From contig JBFGZE010000099.1 in assembly GCA_041586955.1 (NCBI GenBank), forward strand, positions 1 to 10,814: DNA of 10,814 bases, given 5' to 3'. Source of the stretch: Bacteriovoracaceae bacterium. Lineage in GTDB: Bacteria > Bdellovibrionota > Bacteriovoracia > Bacteriovoracales > Bacteriovoracaceae. Numbering within the stretch: the first letter of the stretch is position 1; the number at the start of each line of letters is the position of its first letter. The position numbers and the translations under genes are program-made. Under the pieces are notes generated by a model. The model saw only the letters and a program-made list of their open reading frames with translations, was not told where the DNA came from and did no database searches. Shown one piece after another: positions 1-8,884 of this stretch.

Positions 1-1394
1 CTGCCAATTCCTTTATTTTAGGTCCTAAGTCTCTTAAAACAGAGATCACCGGCCAAGCAATTCCTTCTCTCGACAAAATTGAAACTGGTTTAATGATGGC
101 CAAATACCAACAGGAAATATTCCAAAGTATTTTTACACCGAGTGCGTACGCTAAAGCTTTTCGTAGTGAAACAAAAGAAAAGCAATTGTCATCTATTGCT
201 CCTATTACATCGCCTATTAACCAGATTGAATTAGGAGTAAAAAAAGCAACAACATATGGCACGACCTATACCTTAAAAAATATCTACACTCAAAGCTCTA
301 ATAGCTTTCTTAAAAAATCCACGTCAGAAGTTTTACAATTGGATATGTCTTTTGACCTTTATAAGGATTTTTTAGGGCGTTCTTCACGTAGAAAAGTAGA
401 GGCCTTAGAATTAAACAGACGAAAGGCCAATTACGAAAAGGAAGTGAATAAGGCCGTTTTTTATAATGGCCTTAAACGTCTTTATTGGACAATTGTGGCG
501 AATAATGAGGCAATGAAATTAGTCAAAGGCCTGATTAAAACTTCACAAAAACAAGTCAAGTTGGCCCAGTTACGCGCCAAAAATAAGGTTGCCGATAGGG
601 GAGAGGTGGCACGCTACCAATCCCAATCAATTACCCGTCAAGGACAATTAGTTTCGCTTCAATACCAGAGAGAAGAATTACTAAAATCCCTCAAGGAATT
701 GATTCCATCCCTTGCAGATAAAGAAATCATTTTAGGAAAGTATAATGTGGGGCAAGCGGTGAACTCTGTTCTCGCTTGTGCGGGCAAGATCAAAAGCTAT
801 CCAAGTATTCCATATGATAATACAGTTTATGACGATATGGTTAACCTCAATACTAAGGCCTTACAAAATGAAATGGCGATTGATAAGTATATTGGAGCTC
901 CGGAAATAGCTTTTGTTGGATCAGTAGGGCTAATTGGAAAAGGTCTTGGAACTTCGAAGGCCTATGATGATTTAACTGAAGAAAGTGCGAATCAATATTC
1001 GGTCGGATTAAATATTAACATTCCTTTTGGACAAAATAATTCATCCTTGAGAGCAACAAAAAAGCGTATCAATCTATTGCGAAAAAATTCTTATGAAAAA
1101 GAGACAGGTGCCAAATTGGGCCCGTACCACACTCAATTAGTTAAATCGATTACACTGCTACAAGAAATTGTTAAAAATAATAAATTGAATACAAATTATC
1201 TCAAGGTGAGTTTGGATTATTCCAAGAAGAAGTACTCGCAGGCGAGAATTACCGCTCAGCAATTAATTCTTGATCAGGATGCCTACCTCAACAGCGGTCT
1301 GGAGGAAATCCAATCTAAATTAACCGTTCTTAATACTATTTTTGATTATCTTAATGTTTTTACCAAGACACCTTGTGACTTTAATAGGATTTAA
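1..1394 (+). CDS. TolC-family outer membrane efflux protein (5'-truncated by window edge)
   Basis: The frame of the 93..1394 ORF stays open back to position 3 (ANSFILGPK...), so the true start and signal peptide lie upstream. It has the TolC/OEP pattern: beta-strand motifs (LQLDMSFDL, YSVGLNINIPF), helical segments (RLYWTIV, ARYQSQ, KKYSQARITAQQLILDQD), and it directly precedes an RND gene. Confidence 0.85.
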   Translation, partial: ANSFILGPKSLKTEITGQAIPSLDKIETGLMMAKYQQEIFQSIFTPSAYAKAFRSETKEKQLSSIAPITSPINQIELGVKKATTYGTTYTLKNIYTQSSNSFLKKSTSEVLQLDMSFDLYKDFLGRSSRRKVEALELNRRKANYEKEVNKAVFYNGLKRLYWTIVANNEAMKLVKGLIKTSQKQVKLAQLRAKNKVADRGEVARYQSQSITRQGQLVSLQYQREELLKSLKELIPSLADKEIILGKYNVGQAVNSVLACAGKIKSYPSIPYDNTVYDDMVNLNTKALQNEMAIDKYIGAPEIAFVGSVGLIGKGLGTSKAYDDLTEESANQYSVGLNINIPFGQNNSSLRATKKRINLLRKNSYEKETGAKLGPYHTQLVKSITLLQEIVKNNKLNTNYLKVSLDYSKKKYSQARITAQQLILDQDAYLNSGLEEIQSKLTVLNTIFDYLNVFTKTPCDFNRI

Positions 1395-1400
1395 AAAAAG

Positions 1401-4400
1401 ATGAAAAAGATTACAGAATTTTTTATTAGAAACTCAAAGTTAACCATTATTTTAACTTTAGGTTTAGCGATATATGGAATTATGGGCATTTATAAAATGA
1501 ATGCTGAGACCTATCCTTCCGTTTCGTTGGCCACAGCGACGATTATAACTTCTTATGATGGGGCATCGGCGGCAGACATTGAGGTAAAAATAACCAAAGT
1601 TCTCGAAGACGAAATTAGAACGGTGAGCGGACTAAAGGATGTCAAGTCCACGTCTCAATCTGGTTTAAGCTCCATTGTTGTCCGTGTCGATATGGATGAC
1701 TCCAAGGTCAACGTTAAGGAAACGATGGCCGAAATACAAAAAGCAATTGACCGGGCGACGGGATTACCCAACGATTTGCGTGACCCACCAAAATTTACAG
1801 AAATTAAGTCTGATGAATTTCCCATTATAGAAATAGCTATTGTTGGTCCCAATGAAAAAAGGGAAAGAGATATTGTAGCCGATTTATTAAAAGAGGACTT
1901 AGAAGATAATAAGAAAGTTAAGTCAGTTCGTTTAGTTGGGCATCGTGCCCGCGCTTTTCAAATTCGATTAAATCAGAATAAATTAGACACTCATCATATT
2001 GGAGCAGATGAGGTTTTAAATAAAATCCGTCAGCGCAATACCAATATTCCCGGGGGTGTCCTTAAAAAGGACAGTGAACAAAAGCTCATTCGCATTGAAG
2101 GGAAAATTAAAAATAAAAGCGATTTAGAAAATATTGTCATTCGTAGTAATTTCTCGGGCTCAATGGTGAGGCTTCGTGATATTGCCAATGTTGAAGATGG
2201 TTTGGAGGAATTAGAAAAGGGAGCGATTTATAATGGGCGGCCTGCAACCTTATTAATTGTAACGAAGAAGGCAGGCGCCGATACAATTCAACTTGTTGAT
2301 CAGGTTTACAAAAAACTTAAGTTTTATCAGGAAACTTATAATGAAGTTCAGTTTAGTATTTATAATAATGAGGGTAATAAGGTAAAGGATCGGGTTGACG
2401 TTCTGGCCAATAATGCCGTGAGTGGTCTTGTCCTTGTGGTTATTTTCCTCTTTGTTTTTCTTCCCGGTAGAATTGGTATTATGGCATCTCTATCATTACC
2501 AATTGCTGTTTTTGCAACGATGGGTATTATGCCTGCCTGGGGAATGAACCTTGATACGATTACCATTTTGGCGCTCGTTATTGCTCTAGGGATGCTGGTC
2601 GATAATTCTGTTGTGATTAGTGAAAATTATAATCGATTACGGAACAATGGGCTGGGGCCTATCGCTGCCGCGAAGCAATCGATTGATGAACTATGGCTTC
2701 CTATTACTGCCACAGCTTGTACAACTATAGCAGCTTTTTTACCCATGCTTGTTACAAAAGGTGTAATGGGTGAGTTTATTAAATGGATTCCCATTATTGT
2801 GACCATTGCCTTGGTTTTTAGCTTAGTGGAAAGTTTCTTTTTATTACCTATGCGTCTTACCTTGATTGACTCCAATAGTCCTAAGAAGAAAAAAAAGTCA
2901 GTAGATTGGTTTAAAAAGTTTGAGGATAAATTTGAGGCCTTAATGACTAAATTAATTAATAGGAGGTATTTTGTTTCTGGTGGATATATCGTGCTCGTAT
3001 TTGCTTCGTTTCTTATGATGTTTAAGGCGAATCGCTTTATTCTTTTCCCAGCGGAGCAAACGGAAATTTATATTGCCCGAGTGGAAATGCCTGCGGGAAG
3101 TAATATTAACCAAACGAATTTATTCCTGCAGAATTTATCGCAATCGATTAATAAAGACTTAGGGGAAAAAATTAAGCATATTGTTGCTCGTTCCGGTATC
3201 AGTCAAGTGGGATTGAATGATCCTAAGACAATGGAAGGGGATAATGTGGGGATGCTCACTATTTATGTGAGTGAAGATATTAAAATGAATATGCCTCATA
3301 ATGATTTTATTAAGCTCTTGCAAAAAGTCCCAAATACTGGGGCACAATTAGTGAGCTATGAGGCAAGAGTTAATGGCCCTCCAGTTGGCAACCCAATTGA
3401 AGCGACATTTCGTTCTAATGACTCCAGTCAACTGGATTCGATGATTCAATTGGTGACGGAGAAGCTCGCCAAGTATCAAGGGATTTTTAATTTAAAAGTA
3501 AATGAAGTCATTGGAGATGAAGAGGTTTTTATCGACATCAATTATGGGCTTGTCGCAAAACTTGGGCTTGATGTCAATACTATTGGGTCGACCATTCGTT
3601 CGATTGTTTCAGGAAAACGTGTTAGTAAAGTAACGCTTAATAAAAAAGATGTCGATCTTATTGTTCGTATGAGAGAGGACCAGAGAAAAGAAATTGATCA
3701 TCTCAAAAACATCCGTATCATGGATAATCAAGGTAATTTGGTTCCCCTCGGTGAATTTGTCGAATTTAAATTATCTAAAGGGCGGCCACAGATTAAGCGC
3801 TTTAATTATAAGGGAGCTAAAACTCTGACAGGTGATGTTGAGGACACCATTATTACGTCGATCAAGGCCAATCAAATATTAAAGTCTATTTTTAATGAAA
3901 ACCGTAAACGATTTCCTACTGTCTCTCTTGTTTTTGGAGGGGCACAAGAAAGTACTAATGAGTCGATGCAAAGTTTAGCGCAAGCGCTCGTTCTTTCCTT
4001 GATAGGCATCTTTGGACTATTAGTCTTTTTATTTAAAAGCTATCTCCGCCCTTTGATTATTATGACGACAATCCCCCTCGGTTTGATTGGATTTTCAGTG
4101 GCCTTCTTTTTTCACTCTCGACCGATCAGCTTTATGGCCCTTATCGGTATTATTGGACTTGGTGGCATTATCGTAAACTCCGGGATTGTTCTTATTAGTT
4201 TTATCGATCAATTACGAGATAGTACTAATATGAAAATGTCCGAAATTTTGGCAAAGGCTTCAGGTATGCGATTACGAGCTGTTCTCGTAACTTCTTTGAC
4301 TACTGTTAGCGGTTTGATTCCAACAGCTTATGGAATTGGCGGGAGCGATTCGACCTTAATACCAATGACGATGGCCATGGCCTGGGGTTTAACAAGTGGG

Positions 4401-4547
4401 ACTATTTTAACATTGCTTTGGGTGCCCTGCGCCTATGCTATCATTGAAGATTTCTTGGAATGGAGCGCTTCTCTCTTTAAATCTAATCGAGGAGAGATTA
4501 TAATGACGCCACAAGAAGCAAAGGTATATGTAAAAAATGAGCACTAA
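1401..4547 (+). CDS. AcrB/AcrD/AcrF-family RND efflux transporter permease, 1048 aa
   Basis: Length and topology fit RND: TM1, large periplasmic domain, TM2-7, second periplasmic domain, TM8-12. Motifs include GASAADIE, ALGMLVDNSVVISEN, TTIAAFLP, RLRAVLVTSLTT and GLIPTAYG. Confidence 0.96.
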   Translation: MKKITEFFIRNSKLTIILTLGLAIYGIMGIYKMNAETYPSVSLATATIITSYDGASAADIEVKITKVLEDEIRTVSGLKDVKSTSQSGLSSIVVRVDMDDSKVNVKETMAEIQKAIDRATGLPNDLRDPPKFTEIKSDEFPIIEIAIVGPNEKRERDIVADLLKEDLEDNKKVKSVRLVGHRARAFQIRLNQNKLDTHHIGADEVLNKIRQRNTNIPGGVLKKDSEQKLIRIEGKIKNKSDLENIVIRSNFSGSMVRLRDIANVEDGLEELEKGAIYNGRPATLLIVTKKAGADTIQLVDQVYKKLKFYQETYNEVQFSIYNNEGNKVKDRVDVLANNAVSGLVLVVIFLFVFLPGRIGIMASLSLPIAVFATMGIMPAWGMNLDTITILALVIALGMLVDNSVVISENYNRLRNNGLGPIAAAKQSIDELWLPITATACTTIAAFLPMLVTKGVMGEFIKWIPIIVTIALVFSLVESFFLLPMRLTLIDSNSPKKKKKSVDWFKKFEDKFEALMTKLINRRYFVSGGYIVLVFASFLMMFKANRFILFPAEQTEIYIARVEMPAGSNINQTNLFLQNLSQSINKDLGEKIKHIVARSGISQVGLNDPKTMEGDNVGMLTIYVSEDIKMNMPHNDFIKLLQKVPNTGAQLVSYEARVNGPPVGNPIEATFRSNDSSQLDSMIQLVTEKLAKYQGIFNLKVNEVIGDEEVFIDINYGLVAKLGLDVNTIGSTIRSIVSGKRVSKVTLNKKDVDLIVRMREDQRKEIDHLKNIRIMDNQGNLVPLGEFVEFKLSKGRPQIKRFNYKGAKTLTGDVEDTIITSIKANQILKSIFNENRKRFPTVSLVFGGAQESTNESMQSLAQALVLSLIGIFGLLVFLFKSYLRPLIIMTTIPLGLIGFSVAFFFHSRPISFMALIGIIGLGGIIVNSGIVLISFIDQLRDSTNMKMSEILAKASGMRLRAVLVTSLTTVSGLIPTAYGIGGSDSTLIPMTMAMAWGLTSGTILTLLWVPCAYAIIEDFLEWSASLFKSNRGEIIMTPQEAKVYVKNEH
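4476..4504 (+). promoter_or_regulatory. candidate internal sigma70 promoter for tetR
   Basis: TTTAAA (4476-4481), 17-nt spacer, perfect TATAAT (4499-4504), ending 32 nt before the tetR ATG. Confidence 0.4.
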
Positions 4548-5160
4548 AGAAAAAATTAAAGAGGTTGCCTGTGAGCTTTTCGCCGATAAAGGTTTTGACG
4601 GTACCTCTGTTCGCGACATTGCTAAGGCGGCAGATGTTAATGTGGCGGCAATTAACTACCATTTTGAAAATAAGATGGGACTATATGCAGAAGTTTTTAA
4701 AAGTAATCACCAATGGATGGCAGATAAGGTTCATGAATTCTCTGCAGATACATCTTTAACCATCAGTGATTTTGCCTGGAAAATGTTGGAGTTTTTTCTC
4801 GATAACGGCAATGCCCTTATGAATTGCTTTAAAATGTTTCTTGATAATGATGGTGTCCAATTGTCCGCAGAATATTGTGGTGACGAGGAAGGTAATTGTG
4901 GCCCCCCAGGTCAAGAAGTCTTTCTTGAGTTTATCAATAGAGAAGTTGAGGATAGTGTTCCTCTTAGTGCTCGCCATTGGGCGATGAGAGTTATTTTTTC
5001 TCAAATCGTTCATATGGGTATTGTTCTGAATACCACTTATATGAAAAAAATGCGTGAGTCTAATCCTCTTTTTACTGAGGAAAGTGATGAGAAAACTATT
5101 CGTGAAGTGGTGAATTCTATAATGGATCGTCTTAAAGATAATAAGGGGCAATGGCAATAA
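4537..5160 (+). CDS. TetR/AcrR-family transcriptional regulator, 207 aa
   Basis: Canonical N-terminal HTH (LFADKGFDGTSVRDIAKAADVNVAAINYHFENKMGLY). Start overlaps the RND stop by 11 nt. Confidence 0.95.
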   Translation: MSTKEKIKEVACELFADKGFDGTSVRDIAKAADVNVAAINYHFENKMGLYAEVFKSNHQWMADKVHEFSADTSLTISDFAWKMLEFFLDNGNALMNCFKMFLDNDGVQLSAEYCGDEEGNCGPPGQEVFLEFINREVEDSVPLSARHWAMRVIFSQIVHMGIVLNTTYMKKMRESNPLFTEESDEKTIREVVNSIMDRLKDNKGQWQ

Positions 5161-5162
5161 GG

Positions 5163-6359
5163 CTAGTGAACTCTTTTAACTTTATGAACCAGAGGCAGAA
5201 GTAAGAAAATAAAAAGTAGCCCAAAGAATGCGGCCAATAGTTGGAAAGTGTAGGGAATTCCTCTCTGGTCAATCAGATAACCCACAAAGGGGCCGATTAG
5301 AAAGAATCCTAGCCGAAAAAAGAGGCTCGCAAGTGAATTTATGGTGGCCCGGAATTCATTGGGAATGCGCCAGTTGAGGGCATCTTTAAGAAAAACTTGA
5401 TTAATACCACGGCTTATTTGGAAACAAAATCCTAAAAGAACTCCTGCATAACCACCGTAAAATGCCATGCCTAGATAGCCAATGATGGGAAGTAGTGAGA
5501 GCAAAATAAGCAGAGACTTTACTCCAAGTTTTTGTTCTAGTAGAGGGACATATTTTCCAACAACACCGACACTTAAGTTATAACTCGCCCATAAAAGACC
5601 AAAGAACTTAATAGATATATTCTCACCTATCCAATATTTTTGAAAAATCCAGACGGCCAAAAAAGTTGAAATAGACCAAATAATAAGGTTGATAAAAATA
5701 AGGGAAATGAGTTTATCTTCTTTAAAGAGGTGTTGAAAAATAAATTTTATATTCGTGAAGTGGGAATCTTGATTCATTTTTTGATAGGGAACTTCTTTTA
5801 GAAAAAATGAAGAAATGAAAGGTGCCCAGGAAAAAATGGCCTGTATTGTTAAAACCAATCCCATGGAATGCATAATAAGAAGGCCGGAGCAAAGTGCTGC
5901 AAGAGATTCCGCTCCCACTTTTGCCAATTGGATATTGGCAACCGCCCTTGTGCGCTCTAGGCGGTCCTGATTGATTTGATTTAAAGATTCATAAATAAGT
6001 GAAAGATCAGCACCGGAAATGAGGGCCATGCCCGAAGCGACAATGATTTCAAAACAAACGAAATCAATATAAGAGTGAGAAAATTTGAGCCAGGTAAAAC
6101 CGATGGCATAGAGAAGAGAGCCGTATTGGAGTATTTTTTTTCGGCCAATAAGATCACAAATATAGCCGGATGGAACTTCAAGAATGGCCACCGTAATACC
6201 AAAAATTGCCTGGAGTTCAAATATACTCTTCATTGAGATGTTTTTGTTTAAAAACATGGGGATGATAATAGGCATAATGACAAAGAAACAACTAAAGAAG
6301 CTAAAAATATAAGTTAAAAAAATATTACGCCTAAGTGGACAGCTTACCTTTTGCATCAT
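5163..6359 (-). CDS. MFS transporter, ~398 aa (start 6359 or 6356)
   Basis: About 12 hydrophobic segments, MFS motif A variant (EVPSGYICDLIGRKK), and the C-terminal repeat IPNEFRATINS. Confidence 0.92.
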   Translation of the reverse strand: MMQKVSCPLRRNIFLTYIFSFFSCFFVIMPIIIPMFLNKNISMKSIFELQAIFGITVAILEVPSGYICDLIGRKKILQYGSLLYAIGFTWLKFSHSYIDFVCFEIIVASGMALISGADLSLIYESLNQINQDRLERTRAVANIQLAKVGAESLAALCSGLLIMHSMGLVLTIQAIFSWAPFISSFFLKEVPYQKMNQDSHFTNIKFIFQHLFKEDKLISLIFINLIIWSISTFLAVWIFQKYWIGENISIKFFGLLWASYNLSVGVVGKYVPLLEQKLGVKSLLILLSLLPIIGYLGMAFYGGYAGVLLGFCFQISRGINQVFLKDALNWRIPNEFRATINSLASLFFRLGFFLIGPFVGYLIDQRGIPYTFQLLAAFFGLLFIFLLLPLVHKVKRVH

Positions 6360-6362
6360 TCA

Positions 6363-6391
6363 TTGATAGGAGATTGATCTGAATTAGGCAA
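6363..6391 (-). promoter_or_regulatory. candidate sigma70 promoter for the MFS gene
   Basis: On the - strand: TTGCCT (6391-6386), 17 nt, TATCAA (6368-6363). The -10 box is imperfect. Confidence 0.3.
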
Positions 6392-6559
6392 TGATAGTGA
6401 TGAAATTAGCCAAGTATTTGAGGCATTAAAAACTGCAATAAATGATAGGGAAAACAATTTAAATAGTGGATTATATAGCAAATAATCTGATGAGAGTAAT
6501 ATGTAATTCGTTTCTCCGATAAAATCTAATAATTATAAAATTTTGTGAGGTAAGAAACG

Positions 6560-6895
6560 ATGGACCAGCTGCAGGAGATTAAAAAAAATATTATTTCTCG
6601 CGTGGAAATGAGTGAAAGATACCAGGTCGCTCTTAATAAAGAATTTCGTCGATTTGGTCGGGCGACTGTTTTTGGTATTTTTACTTTTGTGATCGGGATC
6701 TGTATTTCCAACTTTTCTTCAAATCGGGATAGAGAAAAATTAATCGTATTAAGTGAACAAATCAACTCGTTGGAACAGAAACTTGAAATATTACATCAAG
6801 AGGTAACATCTAACACCAAAATAGTCAGTTTAGAAAAAGGAGTTGAACGATTGGGAGATGGAGCTATTACGGGGATTCAGACGAGAAATAAGTAA
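6560..6895 (+). CDS. hypothetical single-pass membrane protein with coiled coil, 111 aa
   Basis: RBS GAGGT lies 8 nt upstream of the ATG. A basic stretch precedes a TM segment (VFGIFTFVIGICI), followed by a heptad pattern (LSEQINSLEQKLEILHQEV). Confidence 0.7.
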   Translation: MDQLQEIKKNIISRVEMSERYQVALNKEFRRFGRATVFGIFTFVIGICISNFSSNRDREKLIVLSEQINSLEQKLEILHQEVTSNTKIVSLEKGVERLGDGAITGIQTRNK

Positions 6896-6979
6896 ATAAT
6901 GTTACTCTTATCCACTTCTTAATAGGATTTATTCCAACTCTCGCAAAATAGTTTTTCATTTTTTAAAATAGAAGGTGAA

Positions 6980-7270
6980 TTATTTGATAGTGATTGAATA
7001 ACTTTTACAGTTTTGCCAATTTACTTTAGTTTCAACATATAAATAATAAGGATAAACATCGTCATCGTCAGGATTTCCAATTTTTAACCGCCAACTAATT
7101 TCATCCTTGTCCGTCGCCCCTGCTGAATGGTGAATGATATCTAATCCTGGCCCTATCAAACGTTCTTTAGCAATTTTAACTTTGATTTGCTCGAGAAGCT
7201 GGTTTTCACATTTTCGTTGGCCAAAAATTGAACTAGAAAAGATCAATAGAAAAGAAATTAGAAACTTCAT
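6980..7270 (-). CDS. hypothetical secreted protein, 96 aa (start re-called to ATG 7270)
   Basis: RBS AGGGAG precedes ATG 7270. Sec signal peptide MKFLISFLLIFSSSIFG, with one Cys near each end of the mature chain. Confidence 0.75.
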   Translation of the reverse strand: MKFLISFLLIFSSSIFGQRKCENQLLEQIKVKIAKERLIGPGLDIIHHSAGATDKDEISWRLKIGNPDDDDVYPYYLYVETKVNWQNCKSYSITIK

Positions 7271-7594
7271 CGCAAACTCCCTATTTGACCCAAGGGGATG
7301 GGCCTCAATTGCCAAGGGAATTTAGCATTAGATCAGATACTCAAGAAAGCGATATTTAATAGGCCTTGAATTTTCTTCATACCAGGGTCGTATTATGTGG
7401 GGTCGAAACTTGAGGGGGGTCAATACAAAAAATTGCCATCAATTTTGGAATATACTAATTTTATATATTGCATCGGCCATTTTATCTATTAGTTTCAATA
7501 CCTTAGTTTGATTAATAGCATTTTCCCATTTCTTCTTATTATGGCCTATAATGGCCAAGGCGATGACTTTTTTACCTTTTTTGAGGAGGTAGAA

Positions 7595-8638
7595 ATGAGT
7601 AATAGAATCCTTTTCTCGCTTTTAGCGTTATTGACCGTTTTGATTCTCGTATCTGAATCCTTCTACCAGGACATGAAAAAAGAAAATAGAGCTCTTAGGT
7701 TACAGGTCCAGCTTCTTTCAAAAGAAAAAAGGACGCCAAAACCTTGGAGGGATATTGTTCGACCCGTTCGTTCAGCAATTAATGAATCAGGTATTGGTAT
7801 TCCCCAAAAAGTTGGAAAGGCGAGTGATGATGATAATTTAGTCGCAGCTCCTGATCTCAGTACAAAAGACCTCGCTCTTAAACTTACTGGAGAATTACAT
7901 CAATTAGACAAAATAAAAAAATCAGACTTGGCGGAATTAATTAATATTTCTGATGAAGTCATTGAAAGAGAGCCCGATTCCTATTCTGCATATAAGGCCA
8001 AGCTTTTATTGTTATTGTATAAAGAAGCGAAATATGGCGAATTGGCGAATGAGTCAGATATTGAGCAACTCCTTGAAACGATGGCCAGTTTTGAGTTTGA
8101 CAATAATCAAGAGCTTCAAAAAGAAGCCTTTTTAATTGCTAAAACAAATAGAGAAATGGAAGAGTTGAATCAACTGTTCGAAACTATTGATGAAACCCTT
8201 GACGCTTTAGATGATGAGATGATTGAGAGTGAAGGCGATTTACAAGCTCTTCGCAATTTAGAAATTGAAAAATCCCTTTTATTGGATAAGGCCAGTGAAC
8301 TAAATGAGAAAGTCGCTCTCCTTGAGGAAGACGCCTTCTTGCCAGAAGATTCGGCCAATGAGGACATCGTTCATATACCATTCTTGCGATTATTAGCACA
8401 AAAAGATTTTGATAATGCTATAGAGCAGGCCGAAGTCTTTATTGAAGATTTTCCTCGTTCCGTAATAGGGTATTATTATTTAATAAAAGCATTGCAACTA
8501 AGTGGTGATGAAGATTCATCCTTGAGTGTTATTGAAAGTATTCCCTTAGAAGATAAGCAATTAAATAAATTGCGTGAAATGTTAGAAAGCTCTGATAGGG
8601 TTCCTCCAGGAGAATATTGGAGAAGGCTCAAATTCTAG
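7595..8638 (+). CDS. hypothetical membrane-anchored acidic TPR-like/coiled-coil protein, 347 aa (start re-called to ATG 7595)
   Basis: Strong RBS GAGGAGGT precedes ATG 7595. N-terminal TM/signal segment (ILFSLLALLTVLILVS) and TPR-like segments (VIEREPDSYSAYKAK; FDNAIEQAEVFIEDFPRSVIGYYYLIKAL). Confidence 0.8.
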   Translation: MSNRILFSLLALLTVLILVSESFYQDMKKENRALRLQVQLLSKEKRTPKPWRDIVRPVRSAINESGIGIPQKVGKASDDDNLVAAPDLSTKDLALKLTGELHQLDKIKKSDLAELINISDEVIEREPDSYSAYKAKLLLLLYKEAKYGELANESDIEQLLETMASFEFDNNQELQKEAFLIAKTNREMEELNQLFETIDETLDALDDEMIESEGDLQALRNLEIEKSLLLDKASELNEKVALLEEDAFLPEDSANEDIVHIPFLRLLAQKDFDNAIEQAEVFIEDFPRSVIGYYYLIKALQLSGDEDSSLSVIESIPLEDKQLNKLREMLESSDRVPPGEYWRRLKF

Positions 8639-8748
8639 GGGATTATTAAATTCATAATTTTCCAAATAGAATATCGCGGGGGGCGTGGGCAGATAAAAGT
8701 ATCAGTAAATGTATAGGAAAGGACGTGATGTAAATTTAAAAGGTAGAA

Positions 8749-8782
8749 ATAAAAAAGGCCCAAGTGGGTTAACGAGGGCCTT
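8749..8782 (-). terminator. Rho-independent terminator-like hairpin, - strand
   Basis: Stem AAGGCCC (8755-8761) / GGGCCTT (8776-8782) with a 14-nt loop. The + strand A-run at 8751-8756 gives a U-tract after the hairpin on the - strand. Confidence 0.6.
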
Positions 8783-8878
8783 AGTATGAAAACTCCGAAG
8801 AGATTATCACCAAAATGAATATGCTTATTGATCTACTCTATCTTAACGAAGTTTCCGCCAGAGAATATCTCAACGATT
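8749..8878 (-). ncRNA. candidate small RNA, ~130 nt, family unknown
   Basis: Bounded by the predicted promoter and terminator. Contains a C(UUCG)G tetraloop hairpin (8793-8802) and no ATG-initiated ORF on this strand. Confidence 0.35.
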
Positions 8879-8884
8879 TTGTGC

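Noticed and set aside
93..95. ATG 93 as the TolC start
   Set aside because: The frame is open to the window edge and no signal peptide follows this ATG, so the real start is upstream.
1655..5157. Short ORFs overlapping the RND and tetR genes (1655, 2360, 2627, 3159, 4407, 4565, 4756)
   Set aside because: They are shadow or alternative-frame ORFs inside well-supported genes, with no recognisable motifs.
7385..7421. Three GGGTC direct repeats
   Set aside because: Only 5 bp with irregular spacing (15 and 17 nt), which is too weak to support.
7271..7594. Longer starts at 7315 (-) and 7508 (+) from the ORF track
   Set aside because: Downstream ATGs at 7270 and 7595 have clear SD sequences and yield proper N-terminal signal or TM segments.
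5981..8399. Short overlapping ORFs at 5981, 6526, 7134, 7953, 8170 and 8184
   Set aside because: They overlap better-supported genes and have no protein-family features.
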